A stretch of 64,000 nucleotides of DNA. It comes from an uncultured Gammaproteobacteria bacterium. GTDB taxonomy: Bacteria > Patescibacteriota > Microgenomatia > Daviesbacterales > UBA10151. Below the pieces are notes generated by a model. The model made no database searches, was not told where the DNA came from, and worked only from the letters and a program-made list of their open reading frames with translations. Location: assembly GCA_964523905.1 (NCBI GenBank), contig CAZFYQ010000003.1, forward strand, positions 28,976 to 92,975. Direction: 5' to 3'. A program made the translations under genes and the position numbers. Shown here one piece after another: positions 18,335-27,330 of the stretch (the first letter of the stretch is position 1; every line of letters begins with the position of its first letter).

Positions 18335-19228
18335 TTGGAATATATTAGTGTAATGAAAGCATATTTAGTTGCGTTTGTATCTATCGTCCTTTGGGGATCT
18401 TCGGGAGCAGTTGGTAAACTTTTACTTAATAATCTTTCTAATGTATCTGTAGAATTTTATTCATGTATTTTTGCCTTCATTGGCCTGTTTATTATTTGCC
18501 TATTTACTAACAAGATGGGCATAATTCGAAGCTATAAGCTAAAGGATTTCGGTACCTTTGCATTAATGGGGTTTTTGGGCGTATTCCTTTATCTATACTT
18601 CTTCTATGGCGGCCTAGCTTTGTTACCAGCGCAAGAAGGATTTATTATCAATTACTTATGGCCAATCATGGTTGTTTTATTTGCTGTCCCTGTATTAAAG
18701 GATAAATTAACAATGAAAAAAGTAATTGCCTTACTGATTTCTTTTACCGGGGTGGGAGTAGTAATAACTCAGGGGAATTTCCTGGGATTTAGATTGACAA
18801 ACATGCAAGGAGTTGTACTTGCCTTGGCAGCAGCAGTTGTTTATGGACTTTTTTCAACCTTGATTAAGAAATTACATTATGAGGAATTTACTAGCACAAT
18901 GTTTTATTACCTCTTTGCCAGTATCTATACTTTTATATTAATTCTCTTTACCTCATCTATTCCTAGCATTTCCGGAATTCAAACTGCAGGACTACTCTAT
19001 CTGGGTGTATTTTGCAGTGGCATTGCCTTTGCTACTTGGTTTCTGGCCCTAAAGCTGGGTGATACGGCCAAAATGGCAAATTTGATCTTCCTAACACCAT
19101 TTGCCTCTCTAGTCTTTATTTATTTTCTTGTTGGGGAAAAAATTACATTGGCTTCAATAGTAGGTTTAGTGCTAATTGTCATAGGAATATTAATTCAATC
19201 TACTAATAGTAAAGCTCACCCTCACTAA
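18335..19228 (+). CDS. EamA/DMT family transporter
   Basis: About 10 TM in two EamA repeats; likely start 18353. Confidence 0.9.
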   Translation: MEYISVMKAYLVAFVSIVLWGSSGAVGKLLLNNLSNVSVEFYSCIFAFIGLFIICLFTNKMGIIRSYKLKDFGTFALMGFLGVFLYLYFFYGGLALLPAQEGFIINYLWPIMVVLFAVPVLKDKLTMKKVIALLISFTGVGVVITQGNFLGFRLTNMQGVVLALAAAVVYGLFSTLIKKLHYEEFTSTMFYYLFASIYTFILILFTSSIPSISGIQTAGLLYLGVFCSGIAFATWFLALKLGDTAKMANLIFLTPFASLVFIYFLVGEKITLASIVGLVLIVIGILIQSTNSKAHPH

Positions 19229-19253
19229 ATATAAACTTTGATATACTTATAAA

Positions 19254-20414
19254 ATGGAATTTTGGGAATTAACTATTTTACATTTTTTAAATGATGGAGT
19301 TAGAACTACCTTTCCTACCCTACTGCCATTTATTGCCAAAGATCTGTCTATTAATTTATCTAGTGTAGGGTTTTTAGGTTCCAGTAATTCTTTATTCCAA
19401 ACTATCCTAGCACTTCCTGCTGGCTTTTTTGCAGCTAAATTCGGTCAAATTAAACTCCTAATTGTCTTACTTTTAGTATATTCATTAGGCTCTCTAGCCA
19501 CCGCTTTTTCCCCAAACATTTTCTTTGTGGCAGCAGGATTTTATCTAGGCTCAATGGGATTTGGGATGTTTCATCCCGTCAGTTTTTCCTTTATTGCCAA
19601 AAAATCCCATTCGTCAAATCTTGGTAAAAAAATGGGTGATTTTACGGCGTTAGGTGATGTAGGCAGGATTGTCATTCCCCCTTTGGCTGTGTTGGTAGTT
19701 TCTTTATTTAATTGGAGAATAGCCTTAATTTTAATAGCTGCTTTGGGATTTTTATTATTTATAGCACTAACTATTTATCAGCTTAGTCACAAACAGGAGA
19801 TATTGCCAGAAAAAAGGGAAACACACGCTGATTTTATAAAGCAAAGTCTAATATTACTAAAAGATAAAAAACTATTTTTGACTTTTGCTGCTGCGATGTT
19901 GGATTCCTTTGCCTCAAGTCCTGTTTTTTTATTTCTTCCTTTTTTAATCTTTTCCAAGGGTATTACAGTGCCTCAATATGCTATTGTTACCGGTTTTTTC
20001 TTTGCTGGAAGTCTATTGGGGAAATTTATACTGGGAAGAGGTGTTGACAAGGTTGGTAATATTAAGGTTTTTAGCGTATCCGAGTGCCTAATGGCTGTTT
20101 GTTTAGTTCTTCTAACTATTACAAATCAATTCTTTGCTTTACTAGTTGTATGCTTACTTTTAGGAGTATTTACCAGGGGTACAATTCCCGTAATACAAAC
20201 TATTATTTCACAGATTGCCCATAAAAAACATTACGATAAAATTTATTCTTTATCTGAATTCTTCATAGCCATAGCTTCAACTTTAACTATACTTATTATG
20301 GGCATTGTTGCAGAGAAGGCTGGTATTCCATCTGTTTTCTATCTGTCAGCAATATTTGCAGTTGTTACTTTAGTCCCCGTCTTTTTCCTGAGCAGAATAA
20401 ACACAGCTATTTAA
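19254..20414 (+). CDS. MFS transporter (Fsr-like)
   Basis: HFLND, GMFHP, about 12 TM. Confidence 0.88.
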   Translation: MEFWELTILHFLNDGVRTTFPTLLPFIAKDLSINLSSVGFLGSSNSLFQTILALPAGFFAAKFGQIKLLIVLLLVYSLGSLATAFSPNIFFVAAGFYLGSMGFGMFHPVSFSFIAKKSHSSNLGKKMGDFTALGDVGRIVIPPLAVLVVSLFNWRIALILIAALGFLLFIALTIYQLSHKQEILPEKRETHADFIKQSLILLKDKKLFLTFAAAMLDSFASSPVFLFLPFLIFSKGITVPQYAIVTGFFFAGSLLGKFILGRGVDKVGNIKVFSVSECLMAVCLVLLTITNQFFALLVVCLLLGVFTRGTIPVIQTIISQIAHKKHYDKIYSLSEFFIAIASTLTILIMGIVAEKAGIPSVFYLSAIFAVVTLVPVFFLSRINTAI

Positions 20415-20526
20415 GTATTACAAGATAACCCCATAGTTTGCTATTTAGGTTGGATTCTGTTAGAATAGGGCATCTCTTTAATTTGCATTTTAGGTAACTT
20501 TATGTATATAGTTAAGGATATAAATT

Positions 20527-20889
20527 ATGGAACTTTTGTCACTAGTACCTGCCACAGCCTTGGGTTATCTGACTCTTCGCGCTACCACTCATCCTAATGC
20601 TAGGATTCGTCGAAAGATGCCTAATATCAAAGTAAAAAGAGTGCAAGTCTTCCCTGTTTTAAGAATCAATTTGTTTGGCAGAGTGATCCATTTTCATCAT
20701 TGGGTAAGCTTTTCCATTCTTTTGATCATCTCTTTATTTACTTCCATCGGAATTTTAGATCTGCTTTTTACTAAGGGAATGCTTTTGGGTGGAATTATCC
20801 AAGGTTTAAGTTTGCCTAAAGAACACCGTAAAATTATCTACCGTGATTTTTCCCTTGAAAGATTAACTCAAATTACTCATAATAATTAA
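20527..20889 (+). CDS. small membrane hypothetical protein
   Basis: IHFHHW motif followed by TM helices. Confidence 0.7.
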   Translation: MELLSLVPATALGYLTLRATTHPNARIRRKMPNIKVKRVQVFPVLRINLFGRVIHFHHWVSFSILLIISLFTSIGILDLLFTKGMLLGGIIQGLSLPKEHRKIIYRDFSLERLTQITHNN

Positions 20890-21492
20890 GTGACAAAGTC
20901 TCTTCTTATTGTACTGACAGGTAAAACTGCCTCAGGCAAAGACACTATCCAAAGTAAACTTCGTCAAAAATATCCTAATTTACATCGCATTATTACTTCC
21001 ACCTCACGGGTGATCAGACCAGGTGAGAAAAAGGATGTTGACTACCATTTTTATTCCCGCGCTGAATTTAAAGCCAAAGTTGAGACTGGTGATTTTGTAG
21101 AATGGGTTGAATACGGCACTAATTTATATGGCACTGAAAAAAAGGAGCTGGCTGCTGCACTAACTGAAGATTGTATTTGGCGAATAGATCCTTCCCGAGC
21201 CGGTGAAACCAGAGATTTTATTAAACGGGCCTTTGATCCCACTGATGCTGAAAAGTTATTAAGTAATTTAGTAGTTTTATATATCACCACAGATCAGGAA
21301 ACCATACTTAAGCGACTTCAAGGTCGCCGTTTACCTGCTGCGGAAATTGAAGGCAGAATGAAAGATGATGAAATGATTTGGCAAGAATATAAAGATAAGT
21401 ATGACTATGTTATTGAAAATACCCCTGGAAAATTAGATGAAACTGTTGATAAGATTATTAATATAATCAGTACGAACCATGAAACTGCCTAA
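20890..21492 (+). CDS. gmk: guanylate kinase
   Basis: GKTASGKDT, TSR..RPGE...VDYHF, YGT. Confidence 0.9.
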   Translation: MTKSLLIVLTGKTASGKDTIQSKLRQKYPNLHRIITSTSRVIRPGEKKDVDYHFYSRAEFKAKVETGDFVEWVEYGTNLYGTEKKELAAALTEDCIWRIDPSRAGETRDFIKRAFDPTDAEKLLSNLVVLYITTDQETILKRLQGRRLPAAEIEGRMKDDEMIWQEYKDKYDYVIENTPGKLDETVDKIINIISTNHETA

Positions 21493-22660
21493 GATAAAAA
21501 TCCCCCAGCTTTCTTCTAAGGTACTACTACCAGTAACTATTGCTGTGATCCTGATTGCCGGTTCCAGTGGCGCCTGGATGTATCAGGCCTATCATCAGAT
21601 CCAAGATCAAAAAAATCAACTGATTGTTAATTTAAACCAAAGCAATAAAAAGGTCCAAGATCTTGAGAAGCGAGATGAATTTAAAATTAACGAAGCCCAG
21701 AAAAAGGAAATGGATTCAATTAAGAAAACCTATACAGACTCAATTTCTGCTTATGAAAAACTGACAGATTTAAAAGCCCAAAAACTAGATACTTCCAAAC
21801 TGGATGTTTTATATGCCCAAATTGTTAAATACTTATCAGACAAAAATTATGCTTCTGCCTCTGCTGCTTTGGCAGATCTAAATAATAAGATTGTGGAGCT
21901 AACACCAAAAGCAGCTGTATCTGTAGCCAGTTCACCGACAGCTGCCACCCAAAGCAATACTCCTCCTGGATCAGGTTACTCATACCAATCAGTGGCTGCT
22001 GACGGGCAAAATTATAATGTGGATATTATTGCCGCTGATATGAATTCCACAAAAATAGTGATTGATACTGCCTCGGATTCTGATTGTTCCAATAATTGCC
22101 CTGTTCTGCCTTTAGCTGATTATGTATCCAGAAACGGAGCCTATGCCGGTATTAACGGTTCTTTTTTCTGTCCGGCTGAATATCCTTCTTGTGCTGGTAA
22201 AACTGGTTCATTTGATACGCTTTTAATGAACTTTAAAAAGCACTATTTTAATTCAGATAATAATGTTTATTCTACGATTCCGGCGGCAATCTTTTCCCCT
22301 GGTTCAGCCAGATTTGTGTCCCAGTCTTTGCAATGGGGACGGGATACCGGAGTTGACGGAGTGATCGCCAATTACCCCTTGCTGGTTTCCGGAGGGAATA
22401 TTAATTTTACCGAATCTCCTAATGAACCGAAATTCGGTGCCAAAGGCAATCGCAATTTCATTGCAGCTAAAGGAAACATTGTTTATATTGGAGTAATCCA
22501 CGGAGCCACCATGGGAGAAGCAGCTAAAGTCCTTCATGCACTTGGCATGGGTGAGGCCTTAAACCTTGATGAAGGTGGTTCAAGTGCCCTCTGGTCCGGT
22601 GGTTACAAAGTAGGTCCAGGTCGTAATATCCCTAATGCCGTGTTATTTGTGAGGCGTTAA
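21479..22660 (+). CDS. membrane-anchored phosphodiester glycosidase (NAGPA-like) with coiled coil
   Basis: N-terminal TM, coiled coil, AGINGSFF, ALNLDEGGSS. Confidence 0.82.
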   Translation: MKLPKIKIPQLSSKVLLPVTIAVILIAGSSGAWMYQAYHQIQDQKNQLIVNLNQSNKKVQDLEKRDEFKINEAQKKEMDSIKKTYTDSISAYEKLTDLKAQKLDTSKLDVLYAQIVKYLSDKNYASASAALADLNNKIVELTPKAAVSVASSPTAATQSNTPPGSGYSYQSVAADGQNYNVDIIAADMNSTKIVIDTASDSDCSNNCPVLPLADYVSRNGAYAGINGSFFCPAEYPSCAGKTGSFDTLLMNFKKHYFNSDNNVYSTIPAAIFSPGSARFVSQSLQWGRDTGVDGVIANYPLLVSGGNINFTESPNEPKFGAKGNRNFIAAKGNIVYIGVIHGATMGEAAKVLHALGMGEALNLDEGGSSALWSGGYKVGPGRNIPNAVLFVRR

Positions 22661-22682
22661 TCACACATGTTAAGATAAGTAG

Positions 22683-23714
22683 ATGAGATTTAGGTTTCTA
22701 ATTAACAGGAAAAGAATTATTATCGGGATAATACTGCTTTTAATTCTCGGTACAATCTTCTTTTTCATTAGGCGTTCCAGTAAACCACCCGTGTATCAAT
22801 TCGCGGCTGTTAAAATACAAAACCTGACTGCTAATGTTTCCGGATCAGGTTCTTTAACCGGTAAAGAAACTGCTGATCTTAGATTCAAATCTTCCGGCAA
22901 GCTGGGCTATCTTAATGTCAAAGCCGGAGACGTAGTAACTAAAGGCGAAGTTATTGCCGGTTTAGATACCCAGGATTTAAATATTACGCTGCAGCAAGCC
23001 CAAAATAGTTTACGGGATAAACAGGCTATTGTGGATCAGGTCTTGGATAATGTCAAAGACCATTCCAGTGATGAAACCTTCACCCAAAAACAGGAACGGA
23101 CCACTGCTCAGGTAGCCAGAGATAATGCATTTGATAATGTTAAAGCAGCTCAAAGGGCTTTTCAGGATGCGGTGATTGTGTCCCCGATTGATGGTCTAGT
23201 GACCCAGGCAAAACCAGTGGCCGGTCAAGTAGTGACCTCAGATATAATTGCTGAAATTGTTGATACCTCAGAAATTTATTTCGACACTGATGTTGATGAG
23301 GCTGATATTGGTAAAGTCAAAGTAGGACAGCAAGCAGAGGTCACTTTAGACTCCTATCCTAACCAAGTATTTAAAGGTCTGGTTTCCAAGGTACTGCCAA
23401 CTACCAAAACCACTTCTTCCGGAGCCACTGTGGTCACTGTGCGGATTATTTTAACCCAACATGATTTAACTTTTGTAAATGGACTAAGCGGTCAGGGTTC
23501 AATCATTTATGCCAGTGTTAATCATGTTTTGACTGTGCCTCAAGAAGCCTTGCGTGAGGATAACACTATAGTAATGCAGCAAGGTAAAATACTGGTAGCA
23601 AAGAAGGTGGAAGTAGGAATCTCCTCTGATACAGATATTGAAATCAAATCCGGTTTAAGTGAGGGAGAAAAAGTGGTACTTAATCCTCCGGCTGTAGGCG
23701 CCAAGTTAAATTAA
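22683..23714 (+). CDS. MacA/HlyD-type adaptor protein
   Basis: Lipoyl halves VKAGDVV / SPIDGLV; VDEADIGKVKVGQ. Confidence 0.9.
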   Translation: MRFRFLINRKRIIIGIILLLILGTIFFFIRRSSKPPVYQFAAVKIQNLTANVSGSGSLTGKETADLRFKSSGKLGYLNVKAGDVVTKGEVIAGLDTQDLNITLQQAQNSLRDKQAIVDQVLDNVKDHSSDETFTQKQERTTAQVARDNAFDNVKAAQRAFQDAVIVSPIDGLVTQAKPVAGQVVTSDIIAEIVDTSEIYFDTDVDEADIGKVKVGQQAEVTLDSYPNQVFKGLVSKVLPTTKTTSSGATVVTVRIILTQHDLTFVNGLSGQGSIIYASVNHVLTVPQEALREDNTIVMQQGKILVAKKVEVGISSDTDIEIKSGLSEGEKVVLNPPAVGAKLN

Positions 23715-23716
23715 CC

Positions 23717-24385
23717 ATGGATGTAGTTAAGCTCTCCAAGATCAATAAAATTTACTCCTCAGGAGAAGTCTCTTTTCAAGCATTAAAGGATATTAATTTC
23801 GCTGTTAAAAAAGGAGAATTTGTGGCTATTATTGGTGCTTCCGGTTCTGGAAAATCTACTTTAATGAATATTATCGGACTGCTGGATCACCCGACCACTG
23901 GACATTATGAACTAGACGGCGAGGACGCTTCGCACTTGCGAGAGAATAAATTAGCCGGAATTAGAAATAAAAAGATTGGTTTTGTGTTTCAGTCATTTAA
24001 TCTTTTATCCAGAACCTCGGCTTTAGATAATGTGGCGCTACCTTTAATTTATGCTAAAGTTTCAGCCAGCGAAAGAAGATTAAGGGCCAAGCAAGCTTTA
24101 GAAATAGTCGGTTTAGGTGATAAATTAGGCTCCCATCCCAATCAATTATCCGGCGGTCAACAACAAAGAGTTGCCATTGCTAGAGCCTTAGTAACTGATC
24201 CCGAGCTAATCCTAGCTGATGAGCCAACTGGAAACTTGGATTCTAAGTCGGGTGTAGAGATTATGAAGATTTTTCATAAATTAAATAATGAGGGTAAAAC
24301 TATTATTATGATAACTCATGAAGATGATATTGCCAAAAATGCCAAACGGGTAATTCGAATAAAAGACGGAGAAATTGTTAAATAA
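23717..24385 (+). CDS. ABC transporter ATP-binding protein (MacB/LolD type)
   Basis: GASGSGKS, LSGGQQQRV, ADEPTGNLD. Confidence 0.95.
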   Translation: MDVVKLSKINKIYSSGEVSFQALKDINFAVKKGEFVAIIGASGSGKSTLMNIIGLLDHPTTGHYELDGEDASHLRENKLAGIRNKKIGFVFQSFNLLSRTSALDNVALPLIYAKVSASERRLRAKQALEIVGLGDKLGSHPNQLSGGQQQRVAIARALVTDPELILADEPTGNLDSKSGVEIMKIFHKLNNEGKTIIMITHEDDIAKNAKRVIRIKDGEIVK

Positions 24386-25569
24386 TGGAGACTTTAAAAT
24401 TGGCAATGGTGGCAATTTGGGCTAATAAATTACGTTCCAGTTTAACAGTTCTGGGAATTGTCATCGGGGTCATGTCAGTGATTTTATTAATCTCTTTGGT
24501 CACCGGTTTGCAAACCTTTATTACTGGACAAATACAGGGATTGGGATCAAATTTATTATTTGTAATTCCCGGCAGAGTGGGCGGAGCCAGGTCACCAGGC
24601 GGAGTACAGGCTAATAAGCTGGTTTATTCTGATGCCAATACTTTGGCTGCTAGATTAACCGGGCAGGCCGTTGTATCTGCAGCTATTCAACGAACTACTA
24701 CTTTAAAATATAGTAATAAAAATGACAAAAACACCGCGGTTTTTGGAGTTGATGCAACTTATCCTAAAGTTATCAGCTCCTTAAAATTAACAGAAGGCCG
24801 ATTTTTTAAAGAATCGGATGCGGTTTCCGCCAGAAGAGTAGCAGTAATTGGTCAAACAGTTAAAACCAATTTATTTGGCACTTCCTCAACTGTTGGCAAA
24901 GTAATTGATGTGGGAGGAGTTAAATACACTGTCATCGGGGTGTTAGATAAACGGGGCTCTTTATTTGGAATTGATCAGGATAATTCAATTTACTCCCCTT
25001 TTCTGGCAATTCAAAGGCAATTTGGTTTAAATAATCTAAATACTATATATATTTCGGCTAATGATTCCGCTAATGTCAAAACCGTACAGAAAAAAGCCAC
25101 CAACATCTTGTTAAAACGTTTGTCTGAAGATGATTTTACAGTGCAGTCTCAGGAACAAGCCTTATCAACTATTTCTCAAATTACCGGGGTCTTAACAGCT
25201 GCTTTGGGAGGCATAGCAGCTATTTCTCTTCTGGTTGGTGGAATTGGCATCATGAATATCATGCTAGTATCTGTCACAGAAAGAACCAGAGAAATTGGCC
25301 TGCGCAAAGCCATTGGTGCCACCCCGGGCAATATCCGTAATCAATTTTTAATTGAGGCTTTAACCTTGTCTGGCTTTGGAGGGATCTTAGGAATTGCCAT
25401 TGGATTTGGAATATCTCTTATTATTGGGATCTTCTTTACCACCACAGTACCGCTATGGTCAGTGGCTTTATCATTTGGATTCTCAATGTTAGTGGGAGTG
25501 ATCTTTGGCGTAGCGCCGGCTATTCGAGCATCCAGATTGGATCCAATTACAGCTCTTCGTTATGAATAA
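24385..25569 (+). CDS. ABC transporter permease (MacB/FtsX type)
   Basis: GGIGIMNIMLVSVTERTREIGLRKAIGA. Confidence 0.95.
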   Translation: METLKLAMVAIWANKLRSSLTVLGIVIGVMSVILLISLVTGLQTFITGQIQGLGSNLLFVIPGRVGGARSPGGVQANKLVYSDANTLAARLTGQAVVSAAIQRTTTLKYSNKNDKNTAVFGVDATYPKVISSLKLTEGRFFKESDAVSARRVAVIGQTVKTNLFGTSSTVGKVIDVGGVKYTVIGVLDKRGSLFGIDQDNSIYSPFLAIQRQFGLNNLNTIYISANDSANVKTVQKKATNILLKRLSEDDFTVQSQEQALSTISQITGVLTAALGGIAAISLLVGGIGIMNIMLVSVTERTREIGLRKAIGATPGNIRNQFLIEALTLSGFGGILGIAIGFGISLIIGIFFTTTVPLWSVALSFGFSMLVGVIFGVAPAIRASRLDPITALRYE

Positions 25570-25601
25570 TTTACGTTTACACCTGAGAGGTGTCAGGCTA
25601 A
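25570..25601 (+). repeat. dispersed REP copy
   Basis: TTTACGTTTACACCTGAGAGGTGTCAGGCTAA matches the RAYT1 flank TTTACGAGTACACCTTAAAGGTGTCAAGCTAA. Confidence 0.75.
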
Positions 25602-26233
25602 ATAAATTGGAATACTCCGCCTAAATTGTTTAATACTTTATCTGCCTGGCTAAAATCCCCGTCCATAGTTTCTTTACCAGGTATAGCAAATACAGTCATA
25701 CCTGCTGCTACAGCTGCTGCCACCCCAATCGGTGAATCTTCCAGCACTAAACAATCATTGGGGTCCACGCTGATTGCTTTAGCAGTTAGTAAATAGACAT
25801 CTGGAGCGGGTTTTCCTCTCTTAACATTTTCTGCAGAATACAACGCATCAAAAAAATCGCCAACCTCTAAGGCCTTGACAATAATATTAATAGTGGCAAT
25901 CTGAGAACTGGAAGCAATGGCCATTTTGATACCTACTCGCCTTAAATCATTTAATAGATCCATTAAACCAGGACGAGGGAGAATTTTATCTAGAAGTTGT
26001 CTGGTAATAACTTGCTTTTGATCAAATAATTCCTCAGCAGTTATGGGTAGCTGGTAACGGGTGACCATGTCTACAGCGCAATCCATGTCTGTTTTACCAA
26101 GATACAACTTTATGTTATCTTCTTCAGTGAATTGTTTGCCGTATTTTTGAAACACCTGATCAAAAGCCTGCTGATGAATTGGCTCGGAATCCACCATTAG
26201 TCCATCCATATCAAAAATCACTGCTTTAAACAT
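25598..26233 (-). CDS. HAD family phosphatase (beta-PGM-like)
   Basis: FDMDGLMVDSE, KPAPD, EDS..G; start MFKAV. Confidence 0.92.
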   Translation of the reverse strand: MFKAVIFDMDGLMVDSEPIHQQAFDQVFQKYGKQFTEEDNIKLYLGKTDMDCAVDMVTRYQLPITAEELFDQKQVITRQLLDKILPRPGLMDLLNDLRRVGIKMAIASSSQIATINIIVKALEVGDFFDALYSAENVKRGKPAPDVYLLTAKAISVDPNDCLVLEDSPIGVAAAVAAGMTVFAIPGKETMDGDFSQADKVLNNLGGVFQFI

Positions 26234-26266
26234 TGTTTGATTATACCAAAGGTATATAATAAGAGT

Positions 26267-27280
26267 ATGAATTTGTCTCATACTGAACAGGAAATGCTGG
26301 AAGCTAAGCAAGTTTGTCTAAACTTCGACTTCGCTATTACTAAAGATATTGCAGAAAAAATTGGCCAATCTAATATTATCTTCGCCGGAATGGGTAGTAG
26401 CTTAATTTTTCCCGGAAAACAAGCCAAAAATCGGGCCTTAAAACTAGGCATCAGTAATAAGGTTGAAGCGTTCTTTGCCTCAGATTTATTTCAATACGAA
26501 GATTTTTCTAACACCTACGTATTTTTATGTAGTAATTCTGGTAAAACCAAAGAAGTAATTCTTTTATTGGATTATGCACAAAAACATGGAGCTAAATGTA
26601 TTGCTGTCACTGCTGTAGCTGATTCTATCCTGGCTCAAAGAGCAGATGAAAAGATTATTCTAACCTGTGGTTTTGAACAAGGCGTAGCCGCAACTAAATC
26701 CGTGATTGAACAGGGATTGGTATATGATTCACTAATCTTTCACTTGGCGAAAAACCAAGGCAAAGATGTTGACTTTGATTTTCTAAAACAAGAACTGGAT
26801 AAAACTGCTGAGATCTTAGAAAGCAATGTTAATGCTAAATTGGATGCGAAACTACTTGAGCAGTTAGTTAAAGAAAATCTATACTATGTAGCTGGTTTGG
26901 ATAATGGTGTTGCTGAGGAAATTGCTCTAAAGTCTTATGAAATAGCACGTAAAATGGCCATATTCTTTGCCGACACCCACACGGTGCATGGACCGGAGGA
27001 AGGTATTGATAATGGCTGCGTAATACTTATAGAACCCAACTATTTCAAGGAGTATTTGTCAGATTTTCAAAAATTCGTTGATAAAACCAAAACTACTTTA
27101 ATTGGAGTCGACCAGGATTTATTAATTCCCGGCTTGGAAATTCAAATTAATGATACTTTCCGTAATTATTGCCTGTTAGCTGGTGGTTGGGCCTTGCTTA
27201 GAAACATCGGCGTAGAAATGGGCATTGATATTGATCATCCAGTCAAAGCTTCCAAAGTCGGCAATCCTTTTGAGGGATAA
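26267..27280 (+). CDS. SIS-domain sugar isomerase (GlmS isomerase-like)
   Basis: GMGSS, SNSGKTKE, GFEQGVAATKS, ALKSYE. Confidence 0.85.
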   Translation: MNLSHTEQEMLEAKQVCLNFDFAITKDIAEKIGQSNIIFAGMGSSLIFPGKQAKNRALKLGISNKVEAFFASDLFQYEDFSNTYVFLCSNSGKTKEVILLLDYAQKHGAKCIAVTAVADSILAQRADEKIILTCGFEQGVAATKSVIEQGLVYDSLIFHLAKNQGKDVDFDFLKQELDKTAEILESNVNAKLDAKLLEQLVKENLYYVAGLDNGVAEEIALKSYEIARKMAIFFADTHTVHGPEEGIDNGCVILIEPNYFKEYLSDFQKFVDKTKTTLIGVDQDLLIPGLEIQINDTFRNYCLLAGGWALLRNIGVEMGIDIDHPVKASKVGNPFEG

Positions 27281-27330
27281 TTTTAGGAACTAATCTTGAT
27301 CCTATAGTTAAAATAAGCTATACTATAGAG

